DNA of 63,807 bases, filler included, from Octopus bimaculoides (Eukaryota), in the NCBI RefSeq assembly GCF_001194135.2. It is 4 parts of 3 records of this genome, joined end to end, with 100 filler letters (N's around TTAATTAATTAA, not from the genome) between each part and the next. Parts side by side here need not be neighbours in the genome. Positions count along the whole stretch, not along the records: positions 43,760 to 63,807 come from NC_068998.1; 3 more parts are not named here. The stretch is one strand, 5' to 3'. The notes below the pieces were generated by a model, which ran no database searches, was not told the origin of the DNA, and saw only the letters and a program-made list of their open reading frames with translations. Position numbers and translations under genes: made by a program. The first letter of the stretch is position 1. Every line of letters starts with the position of its first letter. Positions 49,985 to 62,353 of this stretch are shown here, in pieces.

Positions 49985-50200
49985 ATGTGGCTTGGTGGGT
50001 AGGATGCTGGACTCATGATTGTAAGATTGCAGTTTCAATTCCTGGACTGGGCAGTGTTTTGTGTTCTTGAGCAAAACACTTCATTTCATGCTGCTCCAAT
50101 CCACTCAGCTGGCAAAAATGAGTTATCCTGCAACAGACCACTGTCCCGTCCAGGGGATAAATACATATATATCACAAAAACTGGGAAACCAGCCCTTATG
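49985..50200 (+). mobile_element. Further tRNA-headed CORE-like SINE, degenerate
   Basis: GTGGCTTGGTGGGTAGG head, AGTTTCAATTCC B box, GTGTTCTTGAGCAAAACACTT core. Confidence 0.55.
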
Positions 50201-50439
50201 AGTCTACAAGACTCAAGAAGGATGCTTTTATAATCATTCTTTGAGTAGCTGTTATTATTATAAGGATTATTTCTGTCTTCAACTCCTCCAACACATTCTG
50301 ATTATTGCTATTTTCAAATTTATCTATTTGGAAAATCCTCCATTTCTTCTCACAACATGTTATCATCTATTGGTACTGATATTTCAATTAGGAGCAATTT
50401 TGCTGTTGTTATCATCATGAAGACTAAGACTGATGATGG

Positions 50440-50730
50440 TAATGGCAGAAAAATGTGGTAACAATATCTCAGGAAAAAAATTACTGTACAGGTCGTACAG
50501 GCAAAATCAACCAGCAGGATACTCAATGGTTGACCATGAGCAAGATGGTTGGATAACATCCATGAGACCAGTTGTTCTCATCTGGAGATCCAGCTGGATC
50601 AATTGGAGATGGTTGCTTTTGACAAGGCTTAATGGAAAGCATGTTTGAGGACTCAGCTCCTATGACACCCTCACCCCAGGAATAAGTGGGCAAAGAAGAT
50701 GAGATAAGATGAGATAAGATGAGATGAGAT
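50440..50730 (+). mobile_element. RTE-like LINE 3' end, highly degenerate
   Basis: GATGGTTGGATAACATCC (RWLDNI-like), ending in (GATAA/GATGA)n. Confidence 0.45.
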
Positions 50731-50845
50731 TATCTTCATCATTTAACATTTAGATTTCATGCTGGCACGAGCTGAGTAGTCGGTAGGGTCTAATGAATCA
50801 GAAGCATGCCTAAGGCACTAATGTCAACTTTGACATGATATCTTA

Positions 50846-51078
50846 TTTCTTTATTGCCTACAAGGGGCTAAACACAGAGGGGACAAACAAGGACAGACAA
50901 AGGGATTAAGTCAATTACATCGACCCCAGTGCGTAACTGGTACTTAATTTATTGACCCCGAAAGGATGAAAGGCAAAATCGACCTCAGCGGAATTTGAAC
51001 TCAGAACGTAACGGCAGACGAAATACCGCTAAGCATTTCGCCCGGCGTGCTAACCGTTTCTGCCAGCTCGCCGCCTTG
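50846..51078 (-). mobile_element. Family C SINE, well preserved
   Basis: Minus strand AAGGCGGCGAGCTGGCAGAA...TTCTGAGTTCAAATTCC...CCTTTCATCCTTTCGGGGTC. Confidence 0.85.
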
Positions 51079-51823
51079 CTTTTAGCATGATTTCTGTGGT
51101 TGGATGCCCTTCCTAACAGCAACGTTTTTTAGAGTGTACCAGGAGCATTTCTCATAGCACCAGCACAAGTGATGATTGCCTTATAATGTTGAATGGGCAC
51201 ATGACATTTTGGCACTGCTGTTTTGGCACTGCTGTTTTGGCATTGCTGTTTTGGCAACACCTATCTGATATCATTGATTCAATGTTGACTTATTTGATAT
51301 CAGACTTTTAATGTTTCTCTTCTTCTCTCCCACTCCTCTCTCTCACTCTCTCTTTCACTCTTTCAATCTTTGTGTATATATTTTTATGTTCACATGCATA
51401 TATATGTGTCTTTGCCTCTAGTTTCAACAATTACTGTCATCAAAACAGGTTCAATATCCTATCAGCTATGCCAAATTGCCAGTGTCCAGACAGCTGTGCT
51501 CAATTGTCCCTTTCCAATAAGCATACACAATCTAATTGCATATTCATAAACTGGGTATTTATAAAAATTGCTTCAGACTTTATGCTCAAGGTTTCATATG
51601 CTTACCATGATCTTCAGCGGTGAAAAGTCAATATGTCATGCACTTTACAAAAATCAATTGTATATAGTATGTTGTATATACTAGTAAGTCCTAGCACCTT
51701 GGTTATGATCATTCTCAATGCACCTTGTATCAAAGGGATTATTTTTGTTTTCAAACACCACATTCTGGTTATCTCTATTTTCAGATCTTTACATCCACAA
51801 TAGCTACCCCTTCCTCCTATACA

Positions 51824-51872
<49 letters not shown>

Positions 51873-51873
<1 letters not shown>

Positions 51874-52038
51874 GGAGTGGGAGTGGCTGTGTGGTAAGTA
51901 GCTTGCTTACCAACCACATGGTTCCGGGTTCAGTCCCACTGTGTGGCACCTTGGGCAAGTGTCTTCTACTATAGCCTCGGGCCGACCAAAACCTTGTGAG
52001 TGGATTTGGTAGACGGAAACTGAAAGAAGCCCGTCGTA

Positions 52039-52103
<65 letters not shown>

Positions 52104-52790
52104 ATGTGTTTGTGTGTCTGTGTTTGTCCCCCCAACCTCGGTTGACAACCGATGGTGGTGTGTTTAGGTCCCCATGACTTAACGGTTTGGCAAAAGAGAC
52201 CAATAGAATAAGTACTAGGCATCCAATGAATAAGTCCTGGGGTCGATTTGCTCGACTAAAGGCGGTGCTCCAGCATGGCCGCAGTCAAATGACTGAAACA
52301 CGTAAAAGAGTAAAAGAGATATGAATATGTAGGTGCGGATGTGGTTGTGTTGTAAGAAGCTTGCTTCTCAACCATATGGCTCGGGGTTCATTTCTATTGC
52401 ATGGCACCTGGAGCAAGTGTCTTCTACTATAGCCTCAGGCCAACAAAAGTTTTATGAGTGAATTTGGCAGATGGAAACTGAAAGAAGCCTATTGTATATA
52501 TGTATGTGTATATATATATATATATGTATTTAATATATATCTGTGTGTGTGTATATATATATATTTATGTGTGTGTTTCTTTGTGTTTTCCCACCCTCCC
52601 CTTGGCTTGACAACTGGTGCTGATGCGTTTACGTCCCCATAACTTAACAGTTTGGCAAAAGAGACCGATAGAGTAAGTACCAAACTTTAAAAAAAAAAAA
52701 GTACTGGGGTTGGTACATTTGATTAACAAGTCTTCAAGGTGGTGCCCCAGCATGACCGCAGTGTAATGATTGAAACAAACTAAAAAAGTT
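51873..52790 (+). mobile_element. Two head-to-tail family A SINEs
   Basis: Near-consensus copy at 51873-52318, older copy at 52330-52790. Confidence 0.88.
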
Positions 52791-53261
52791 AAAAAAAAAA
52801 AAACCGTACAAGCGCACACAAGCACACACACATACACACTGATGGAAACATGCACACACATAAGCAGACATACAGACCTAAATGAAGGCACTATAGCGAT
52901 ATTCTGAGCTATTCATCTCCAGCATCTTTTTCCTTTCCTGCCTTCTTTCATACTCCATCTCTTACTCTTGTATATTAACTTTGATGCCAGTCTCATCAAA
53001 GTATACACACATCTCTTTGCTGTGAGACATTATTCTCTTTCTTTCTCCTTCATTCTCCAGCTATCTGTATTCATCTCTGTCTGTCTGTCTGTCTCTCTCT
53101 CTGATCTCTGTCTCCACTTCTTTCTCTTTATATTTTTTCGTTCTGCTGCCATTTCATTCTATGTATCTTTACATATAGCCTCCTTATTTCAAATCATCCA
53201 GATTTTCATACATTCATCTTTACGCATACACAAAGAAAAACACACACTCAAACACACTCAA

Positions 53262-53292
<31 letters not shown>

Positions 53293-53492
53293 TACATAAT
53301 TAAGTGCATTAATGCATGTAATGTATAAGTATGTACATTTTTGTGAGTGTGCAGATAATGTATAGATTATAATGTAATCTAGGTTGGTAATGTATGTAAA
53401 TGTTTGGCTTCACATGTACCATCTACAAACACAATCATTTGTAAAATACTGTGTATAAGTGATATGTGTCTATGGGTATGCTTGTGTGTGTG

Positions 53493-53523
<31 letters not shown>

Positions 53524-53624
53524 GCACGCATTGTGTAAACTCAAGAAAACAAACAGTAAAACATCACAGAAAGAAAATTATGATGAATGTGGTATTAGTT
53601 TAATGCTTCAGAAGTAGAAATGGA

Positions 53625-53666
<42 letters not shown>

Positions 53667-54091
53667 CCCCACACATGCGCGCGCACACACACATTCAGGC
53701 ATACACATATATATATGAGTGTATGCATGTATATATATATACATGTACATACATACATGCATACATACACACACATACATACATACATCATACGTACACA
53801 CATACATACATACACACATACATACATACATATGTGTATGTGTGTGTGTGCGCACATATATGTATGCGAAAACATATACACGGATGTATTCTAGTCATGT
53901 CTTGTAATAGATAGTGTTTTATCTTTTTGATTTATAAATGAATTGTTACTAAGTGCTAAATGTCATAAAATATAGCTATGTAAATATGTATGCAGTTATG
54001 CATTAAACTATACTAAATATGCAAAAGTATATATAAATGTGTGTGTGTGTATGTGTGTGTGTATGTGTGTGTGTGTATGTGTGTGTGTGTA

Positions 54092-54143
<52 letters not shown>

Positions 54144-54489
54144 GTCATGTCATATAAGCATACACAATCTAATTGCATAGTCATAAATTGGGTGTCTATG
54201 AAAATTGTTACAGACTTTATGCCTAAGATTTTACATGTTTACTACGGTCTTCAGTAGAGAAAAGTCAATATGTCATGCACTTTACAAAATTCAATTAAAT
54301 TTTTCTCCTACATGACAATTTATAAGTACATGGTACATTAGAGATTTTACTCTCAGCTGCCTGCATTTTCAGTTCTTGGGTGTTTTTTTTTTTAAAAAAA
54401 GCAACACTGACTCTAGAGCAAGATTTGTTATGTCCAAAACGATATGAACATTTTTGTATGAAATCTGGAGTTGTTTCAATAAATATTTA

Positions 54490-54650
54490 ATTTATGTCCA
54501 TATGGGTAAGAAGATTTCTTTGCAACTATATGGTTTGGGGGTTCAGCCCCATGGTGTGATACCTCAGGCAAATGATATTTACTATAACTCTGGTTTGATA
54601 AATGTCTTGCGAGCAGATCTGGTAGACGGAAATTGGGTGGAAGCCCCATT
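54490..54650 (+). mobile_element. Family A SINE, degenerate
   Basis: GGTAAGAAG...GGTTCAGCCC...TGGTAGACGGAAA...GAAGCCC. Confidence 0.6.
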
Positions 54651-54669
54651 GAATATATATATATATATA

Positions 54670-54796
54670 CAGGGTGTCCACAAAGTCTGGGTACCTGGAG
54701 TAAATAAAATCATAACATAACCAATTAAATATAAGAGATAATAATTTCTTAAAGTATGTGTTAATCCCCATGTACCCAGACTTTGTGGACACCCTG
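54670..54796. mobile_element. Tc1/mariner-type MITE (127 bp)
   Basis: Perfect 25 bp TIR CAGGGTGTCCACAAAGTCTGGGTAC, flanked by TA on both sides. Confidence 0.9.
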
Positions 54797-55133
54797 TATA
54801 TGTATTATCAGTGGTAGTGGTGTCAATGAGACTCAGAAGTGTCAGGTAATGCTGAGTAAGTGCTATGGATAGACCATAGCTAAGCTCCAGGTTCAGTGAT
54901 TATGCAAACAAGGGGTCATATATCAACGTAGGTCATATATCAGCATGTGTATATAAAGATTTACTTTTCGTAATGAGATAAAAAAAAAACCAAGGCTGTT
55001 TAGATTTTAGAACATTTATAAATAGAAGGTCTTACAGCTGTTTCCATGATATTTATTATATCCCTTCATCGGAGACGGTGTGAGAAGATGGTTAAGCAGT
55101 AGTTAATTTAGATAAGATACGAAATATATATAA

Positions 55134-55165
<32 letters not shown>

Positions 55166-55169
55166 GTGT

Positions 55170-55206
<37 letters not shown>

Positions 55207-55326
55207 TTCCATCACTGCTTGTCTTGGTTGGTTTAAGTCTCCATAAAAATGCAGTTGAGAAATGAAACTGATAGAATAAGTACCAAATTTAAAGGTAAGT
55301 ATTGAGGTCAATTTGTTTGTCTAAAT

Positions 55327-55590
55327 CAGTGGTCCTCAATCATTTTCTGCCAATGGACTCCTTTGATTCCTATTTTACTCTACTGGACCCCCCCACCAAT
55401 AGCCATTTGATATTTAAAAACATCTTATTGTATTTCATAATTAAATATTATTAGGAATTACGTAAAGTAAGAGTTAAAACACTTTGTGTGTTGTAGAAGT
55501 ATGCGACCGATTTATTGCACATAAAAACTTTAACAACAAAATCTTATATGGGCCCACAAGGGTCATATGGACCTTGGTTGAGATCCATTG
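55327..55590. mobile_element. hAT (Charlie-like) MITE
   Basis: Ends CAGTGGTCCTCAATC / GGTTGAGATCCATTG; 8 bp TSD GTCTAAAT/GTCTAAAC. Confidence 0.8.
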
Positions 55591-55705
55591 GTCTAAACCC
55601 TTCAATTAGTGACTTAAGGTGACTGCATTTGAATGACTGAAGCAGGTAAAAGAAGAATAAAAGATAAATTGTTTTGATCTTCCAGTATATTAAAGTGTGT
55701 AATTG

Positions 55706-55738
<33 letters not shown>

Positions 55739-56016
55739 GCATGCACACACACACACATATAAATATGTACACACAGATGCCTGTATTATTGTGTATATCC
55801 AGGTTTTAGAGTACGTACCCTGTATCCCTCCATGATAAGAGCTGACTAAAAGGGATTGGGACAAGATATGCATTGGGTTTTTGAAAAAAACATCCTGCTA
55901 ACCAATGCCAGCATTAAAAACTAGACATAAATCATTGATGATGACAATCATGACTGTATATGACTACATATAGTCATATATCATAACTACACATACACAC
56001 ACACACACACACACAC

Positions 56017-56165
56017 CATCATCATCATCAGTATCTTTTAATGTCTGTTCTCCATGCTGGTAGAGGTTGGACAATTCGGAAGGAGTTGGCCAACTGGAGA
56101 GTGGCCCGGGCTCCAGTTGTCTGTTTAGGCATGGGTTCTATAGCTGGATGCCCTTCCTGACACCA
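56017..56165 (-). repeat. Family F repeat
   Basis: (CAT)n...CCATGCTGG...GGTTGGAC...CTGGATGCCCTTCCT. Confidence 0.65.
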
Positions 56166-56569
56166 GACAAATTGAAGAGAAAAAGATAGGTAAAAACACA
56201 AAAGTCAATTGGACGAACACAGTGAATATACTAAACTGACATTCAGTGAAAATTTTAGAAAGAAAAATAGGAGAAAAATAATGATGTTTCAAGCATGGCT
56301 CTTTGTCAGATAGAGGAAAATATTCAGAGAAGAGGAAAAAGAGGAAGGAGTAGATAGACCAGAGAAAAGTATGTGTATTGATACATGACCAAAAATGTAT
56401 GTATACATTCACCCGCACTTGCCCCCATTCACACATACGCACTCTTACATACTATCCTTACATACACACACACTTGCATACCCTAGTTCAGCTAGGTCAC
56501 TGTTATTATCTCCCCTTCACTCAGCATCTTACTTCCTGTCATTTCATTGTGTTGAACCATTAATCCGTA

Positions 56570-56735
56570 CACACTTTTTCTCTCTCCCTGTTTTTTCGTT
56601 CTCTCTCCATTTTTTCCTCTCAACCCATTCTGTTGAAGAGCGTAGTCTTGAACTGTCAAAGACTTCTCCTTTCTCCTGCTTGTTGTTTCCTCACATCTGT
56701 CTATGTCTTTTGTTTTCTGCAAATTTGAACTATAT
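56570..56735 (+). repeat. Family G repeat
   Basis: Matches 15200-15355. Confidence 0.55.
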
Positions 56736-56736
56736 G

Positions 56737-56771
<35 letters not shown>

Positions 56772-56789
56772 TCAATGTATCATGTACAT

Positions 56790-57020
56790 TATTTACATGA
56801 TATAAATTTGACGGATATTTCTTTACATCTTGTTTGTTGCTAACACAACGTTTTGGCTGATATACCCTTCAGCCTTCATCAGGTGTCTTGGGGAAATTTT
56901 GAACCTGGGTTCTCATTCCAAAGGTATTTTTCAATGTTATTATCATTATCATTATCATTATTCAGGTCACTGCCTGGAATCAAACTCAGAATCTTGGGGT
57001 TAGTAGCCCGCACTTTAACC
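56790..57020 (-). mobile_element. Family D unit, inverted, head clipped at 57020
   Basis: Reverse complement of 57735-58010; hammerhead GAAA mutated to AAAA. Confidence 0.85.
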
Positions 57021-57038
57021 AATCCCTCTCTTTACACT

Positions 57039-57706
57039 GTGTAAAGAGAGGGATTGCTCAGTACCTAAAACATCGAGCAAAGAATATAAGCAACAATCGT
57101 GATACCCACCATGAAGACATGATCAAGCTCAATAACAATCTATTAAGCAACAACTACTCCCAAAACATACTAACCACTCCAATTATGAAGAAAAGAGAGG
57201 ATGAAACCAATAAACTATCCACAGTCTGTCTACCCTATGTGAAAGGCCTCTCCGAAAAGATACAAAAGATATGCGGCCCATATGACATCAGGACAGTATT
57301 CAAGAGCAATACAACACTTTGCAAATATTTCCTTCAAGTAAAACCACCAATAGAAGAAAATTTGACCAAAAACTGCATGTACTCCATTCCATGCAGCTAT
57401 GGTAGGTTATACAAAGGTGAAACATGCTATTGCCTCAAAATAAGGCTAGATGAACATCGCAAAGCTGTGACATGAGGAGATATTGATAAATCGGGTATAG
57501 CTGATCATGTTTGGAAAATTGGAGACCACCTTCCCCTGTGGGATGAAGTTAGAATAATAGACAGAGAACACCACTGGAAAATATGAAAACTAAAAGAAGC
57601 AGCACATATGCTAGGACACAACAACCTCCTAAGTAGACCGAGTGCAGATATGAATAGCATATGGGAACCGGTATTAAGGAAGGATAGGAAAATATTAGAT
57701 TTATAA
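57039..57706 (+). mobile_element. Penelope element 3' fragment (RT C-terminal region plus GIY-YIG)
   Basis: VKRGIAQYLKHRAK...LPYVKGLSEKIQK...NCMYSIPCSYGRLYKGET...RLDEH...KSGIADHVW...IIDREHHW...LKEA, with two in-frame stops. Confidence 0.92.
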
Positions 57707-57724
57707 GCCCTAAAATTCACTCTA

Positions 57725-57790
57725 TATGGCATAGTGGTTAAGACTGCTGGCTACTAACCCCAAGATTCCGAGTTCGATTCTAGGCAGTGA

Positions 57791-57858
<68 letters not shown>

Positions 57859-58040
57859 TCAACAACAACAACAACAACAATAACAACATCGAAAAATACC
57901 TTAGGAATGAGAACCCAGGTTCGAAATTTCCCCAAGACAGCTGATGAAGGCTGGAGGGTATATCAACCGAAATATGTTAACAACAAACAAGATGAGGACA
58001 AATATCCATCTTCCTCATTTCTTAAATATAGATCTGTATT
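57725..58040 (+). mobile_element. Family D unit directly after the Penelope ORF
   Basis: A box TGGCATAGTGG, B box GAGTTCGATTC, (AAT)n, CTGATGAAGGCTGGAGGGTATATCAACCGAAA at 57941. Confidence 0.88.
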
Positions 58041-58074
58041 AATGTATTAATGTATCCATGACAGAGTCACACTC

Positions 58075-58285
58075 TAAAGCATAGAGCAGTAAAGTATTAA
58101 AGTAATTAAGTTAATGTCTGGTCGTAGAGTGACCAATGGTTTCACATCCATGAAGGCTATAGCTTCATGGACATCTCATCAGACTCTAGTTCAAACTAGA
58201 GTATGATGAGATGTTTGCGAAGCTATACCCTTCATAGATGTGAAACCATTGGTTGCTCTATGACCAGACATTAACTTTATTACCT
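58075..58285. repeat. Palindromic MITE-like element (family H)
   Basis: About 90 bp arms around 58192; second copy at 61380-61590, fragment near 30700-30790. Confidence 0.75.
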
Positions 58286-58342
<57 letters not shown>

Positions 58343-59116
58343 NNNNNNNNNNNNNNNNNNNNNNNNNNNNNNNNNNNNNNNNNNNNNNNNNNNNNNNNNN
58401 NNNNNNNNNNNNNNNNNNNNNNNNNNNNNNNNNNNNNNNNNNNNNNNNNNNNNNNNNNNNNNNNNNNNNNNNNNNNNNNNNNNNNNNNNNNNNNNNNNNN
58501 NNNNNNNNNNNNNNNNNNNNNNNNNNNNNNNNNNNNNNNNNNNNNNNNNNNNNNNNNNNNNNNNNNNNNNNNNNNNNNNNNNNNNNNNNNNNNNNNNNNN
58601 NNNNNNNNNNNNNNNNNNNNNNNNNNNNNNNNNNNNNNNNNNNNNNNNNNNNNNNNNNNNNNNNNNNNNNNNNNNNNNNNNNNNNNNNNNNNNNNNNNNN
58701 NNNNNNNNNNNNNNNNNNNNNNNNNNNNNNNNNNNNNNNNNNNNNNNNNNNNNNNNNNNNNNNNNNNNNNNNNNNNNNNNNNNNNNNNNNNNNNNNNNNN
58801 NNNNNNNNNNNNNNNNNNNNNNNNNNNNNNNNNNNNNNNNNNNNNNNNNNNNNNNNNNNNNNNNNNNNNNNNNNNNNNNNNNNNNNNNNNNNNNNNNNNN
58901 NNNNNNNNNNNNNNNNNNNNNNNNNNNNNNNNNNNNNNNATATATATATATATATAAGTTAGTTTAGTTAAAATAACCGTCTAAGGGATAGAAGTATCCA
59001 TTACACTACTGGTATATTACCTGCATTTAACCATGGACATACATTTGCAAACATATTATGGTCATAAGTTATAGGTAAAGAGAAGGATAAACATGGGTTT
59101 ATCAAGAATCAAAATT

Positions 59117-59429
59117 TAAAGAAAACAGAAAATGGAGAAGTACTGATTAACAACAATTGACTTACATTAATTATTATTTATTAATTCAATGCACATAGAC
59201 TGCATCCCATCTAACAGCTGTTTCTGTTTCCAGTGTTATATGGTGTTGCCATTGATATTCAAAATATGTAAAAATATGTAAAAATATTTTGAATATCAAT
59301 GGCAACACCATATAACACTGGAAATAGAAACAACTGTTAGATGGGATGCAGTCTATTTGCATTGAATTAATAAATAATAATTGATGTAAGTCAATTATTG
59401 TTAATCAGAACTTCTCCATTTTCGGTTTT

Positions 59430-59434
<5 letters not shown>
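59117..59434. repeat. Long near-perfect palindrome
   Basis: 151 bp arms, 7 mismatches counted by eye, 16 nt spacer. Confidence 0.92.
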
Positions 59435-59466
<32 letters not shown>

Positions 59467-60323
59467 TAAATGATAGGATTGCTTCAATTTTTCAGGGGTA
59501 GTCTGAAGTATCCAAGCAACCAGGGGATGTTTAAATCCGGAGGCACTCCTGGGAATTACTTGTGTGGGTACCGTCTTCGTTAGAGGGTATTCNNNNNNNN
59601 NNNNNNNNNNNNNNNNNNNNNNNNNNNNNNNNNNNNNNNNNNNNNNNNNNNNNNNNNNNNNNNNNNNNNNNNNNNNNNNNNNNNNNNNNNNNNNNNNNNN
59701 NNNNNNNNNNNNNNNNNNNNNNNNNNNNNNNNNNNNNNNNNNNNNNNNNNNNNNNNNNNNNNNNNNNNNNNNNNNNNNNNNNNNNNNNNNNNNNNNNNNN
59801 NNNNNNNNNNNNNNNNNNNNNNNNNNNNNNNNNNNNNNNNNNNNNNNNNNNNNNNNNNNNNNNNNNNNNNNNNNNNNNNNNNNNNNNNNNNNNNNNNNNN
59901 NNNNNNNNNNNNNNNNNNNNNNNNNNNNNNNNNNNNNNNNNNNNNNNNNNNNNNNNNNNNNNNNNNNNNNNNNNNNNNNNNNNNNNNNNNNNNNNNNNNN
60001 NNNNNNNNNNNNNNNNNNNNNNNNNNNNNNNNNNNNNNNNNNNNNNNNNNNNNNNNNNNNNNNNNNNNNNNNNNNNNNNNNNNNNNNNNNNNNNNNNNNN
60101 NNNNNNNNNNNNNNNNNNNNNNNNNNNNNNNNNNNNNNNNNNNNNNNNNNNNNNNNNNNNNNNNNNNNNNNNNNNNNNNNNNNNNNNNNNNNNNNNNNNN
60201 NNNNNNNNNNNNNNNNNNNNNNNNNNNNNNNNNNNNNNNNNNNNNNNNNNNNNNNNNNNNNNNNNNNNNNNNNNNNNNNNNNNNNNNNNNNTATATATGA
60301 ATATATATATGTTAATATATGTT

Positions 60324-60354
<31 letters not shown>

Positions 60355-60386
60355 AGATACATATAGATATGGACATATATATGTGT

Positions 60387-60422
<36 letters not shown>

Positions 60423-60826
60423 AGCTTGTTAAACTTGGGGATGGTAATTTTGTTTTGCTTTTTTACCATTTAAACACACACATTATTTATTTGATCTTCA
60501 CTTTAGTTTTCCATATTATTTTTAGCTTATATGTCTGTCGACAATCTTTCATTACACATTCTGTGACCTCATCAGTGGAGTCTCTGTCCTATGTGTCTTC
60601 TATTGCTCTACTTATTTCATTTGAAACCTGTATTGAATTAAACATACTCACCTGTAACCAAATATACAATAACATGACTACAGAGTTAAGCGAATGAAAA
60701 ATCAAAATATTGATGAAGAAATGAGAATAAGGAGAATCAATAAATATAAATTATCAACAAGGAAACTGACTTAAAAAAACGACAACAATCAATATATGTG
60801 TGTATACATGCTTGTATGTACATGTG

Positions 60827-60919
<93 letters not shown>

Positions 60920-61024
60920 CATCATCATCATCATCATCGTTTAACGTCCGCTTTCCATGCTAGCATGGGTTGGACGATTTGATGAGGACTGGTGAAACCA
61001 GATGGCTACACCAGGCTCCAATCA
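60920..61024 (-). repeat. Family F repeat, near consensus, truncated
   Basis: (CAT)nCGTTTAACGTCCGCTTTCCATGCTAGCATGGGTTGGACG. Confidence 0.75.
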
Positions 61025-61379
61025 TATATATATATGTGTGTGTCTGTCAGACGAGACCTTGATGAATGCCATGAGGCAGGAAAGTATACTAGTCCTTATA
61101 TATTTAATACTCAATATTTCATATATTCAATAAGACATTCAATACTTCATTTCATTTTACTATTTATATTATATATTCCATATTCTATATCCCACATTAA
61201 TTTTATAAGAATATAAATAAAACATAAAAAACAGACAGAGTTGGAACTCTTTTAAATAATATATTCCTCTATACACGATCATACAAAACCCTTTTTTATA
61301 TTCTTTTTATCTTTATTTTTATTCACATATATATATATATACATATATACACATATACATATGTATATGTATATATATT

Positions 61380-61590
61380 AAAAGTAATTAAGTTTATGTC
61401 CAATCATAGATTGGCCAATGGTTTTACATCCACAGAGGCCTTAGCCTCGTGGACGTCTCGTCAGACTCTAAAGCTGAAGACATGAGATGTCTGTAATGCT
61501 AAGGCCTTTGTGGATGTGAAACCATTGGTCACTCTATAACTGGACATATGCTTAATTACTTTTAATACATTACTGCTCTATGCTTTAGAA
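61380..61590. repeat. Family H palindromic element, opposite orientation
   Basis: Same arms as 58102-58283; the one-sided tail TTACTGCTCTATGCTTTAGA is on the right. Confidence 0.75.
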
Positions 61591-61651
61591 TAGGCTTCTT
61601 CGTCGGTTATGTGATACATTGACGATATCTGTGTGTGTGTGTGTGTGTATG

Positions 61652-61688
<37 letters not shown>

Positions 61689-62306
61689 GTATACACACAC
61701 ACACGCACACACACATATATATATGTATGTATATATCTATCTCTATCTATCTATCTCTAAATATCTATCTATCTCTAAATATCTATCTATCAATCTATCT
61801 ATCTGTCTATCTATATATATATATGAGTTGTTTACAAAACACACACACACACGCATATATGTAGTTGGAATTTACCAAAAAACAAAAGATGAAGACAGGT
61901 GTGTAAACAACAAACAGGTGTTTATATATATGTATTTGTTTTGCAAGATTCCTGATGTGAAATCTTGCGTTGAAACAGATATTGCTATATTTGGGGATAG
62001 TCATGATTTTTAATGTTACCAAATAACCGCACACACGATATACTCGTTCTTCACTTCAGCTTTATTATTATTCCTAGTTTAGTGTCCTTTCTCTGTGACC
62101 CTCCATACCAATCTGTTCTTCTTCTGTTCTTGTTTAGATCACTCTGTCCTTCTGAAGAGATCACAGGATGTATGATGAAAGACTTCAGACAAAGGACACT
62201 AAAATAAGAATAATTATAAAACTGATGTGACAATCGTGTATATAGTGCATTTGGTTATTTGGCAAAACAAAAGAAATAAATGACAATCTCCAAATATGGC
62301 AATATG

Positions 62307-62353
<47 letters not shown>

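Noticed and set aside
51590-51620. Minus-strand CTGAAGA...GAAAC hammerhead-like string
   Set aside because: Stem II is only 3 bp, and the motif is not kept in the paralogous 54.2 kb copy.
51614-52222. 202 aa minus-strand ORF and recurring peptides such as RASFSFRLPNPLTR
   Set aside because: Antisense translation of family A SINEs.
57725-57795. tRNA-like heads of families A-D as real tRNA genes
   Set aside because: A and B boxes are present but acceptor and anticodon stems do not close, and each runs into a repeat body.
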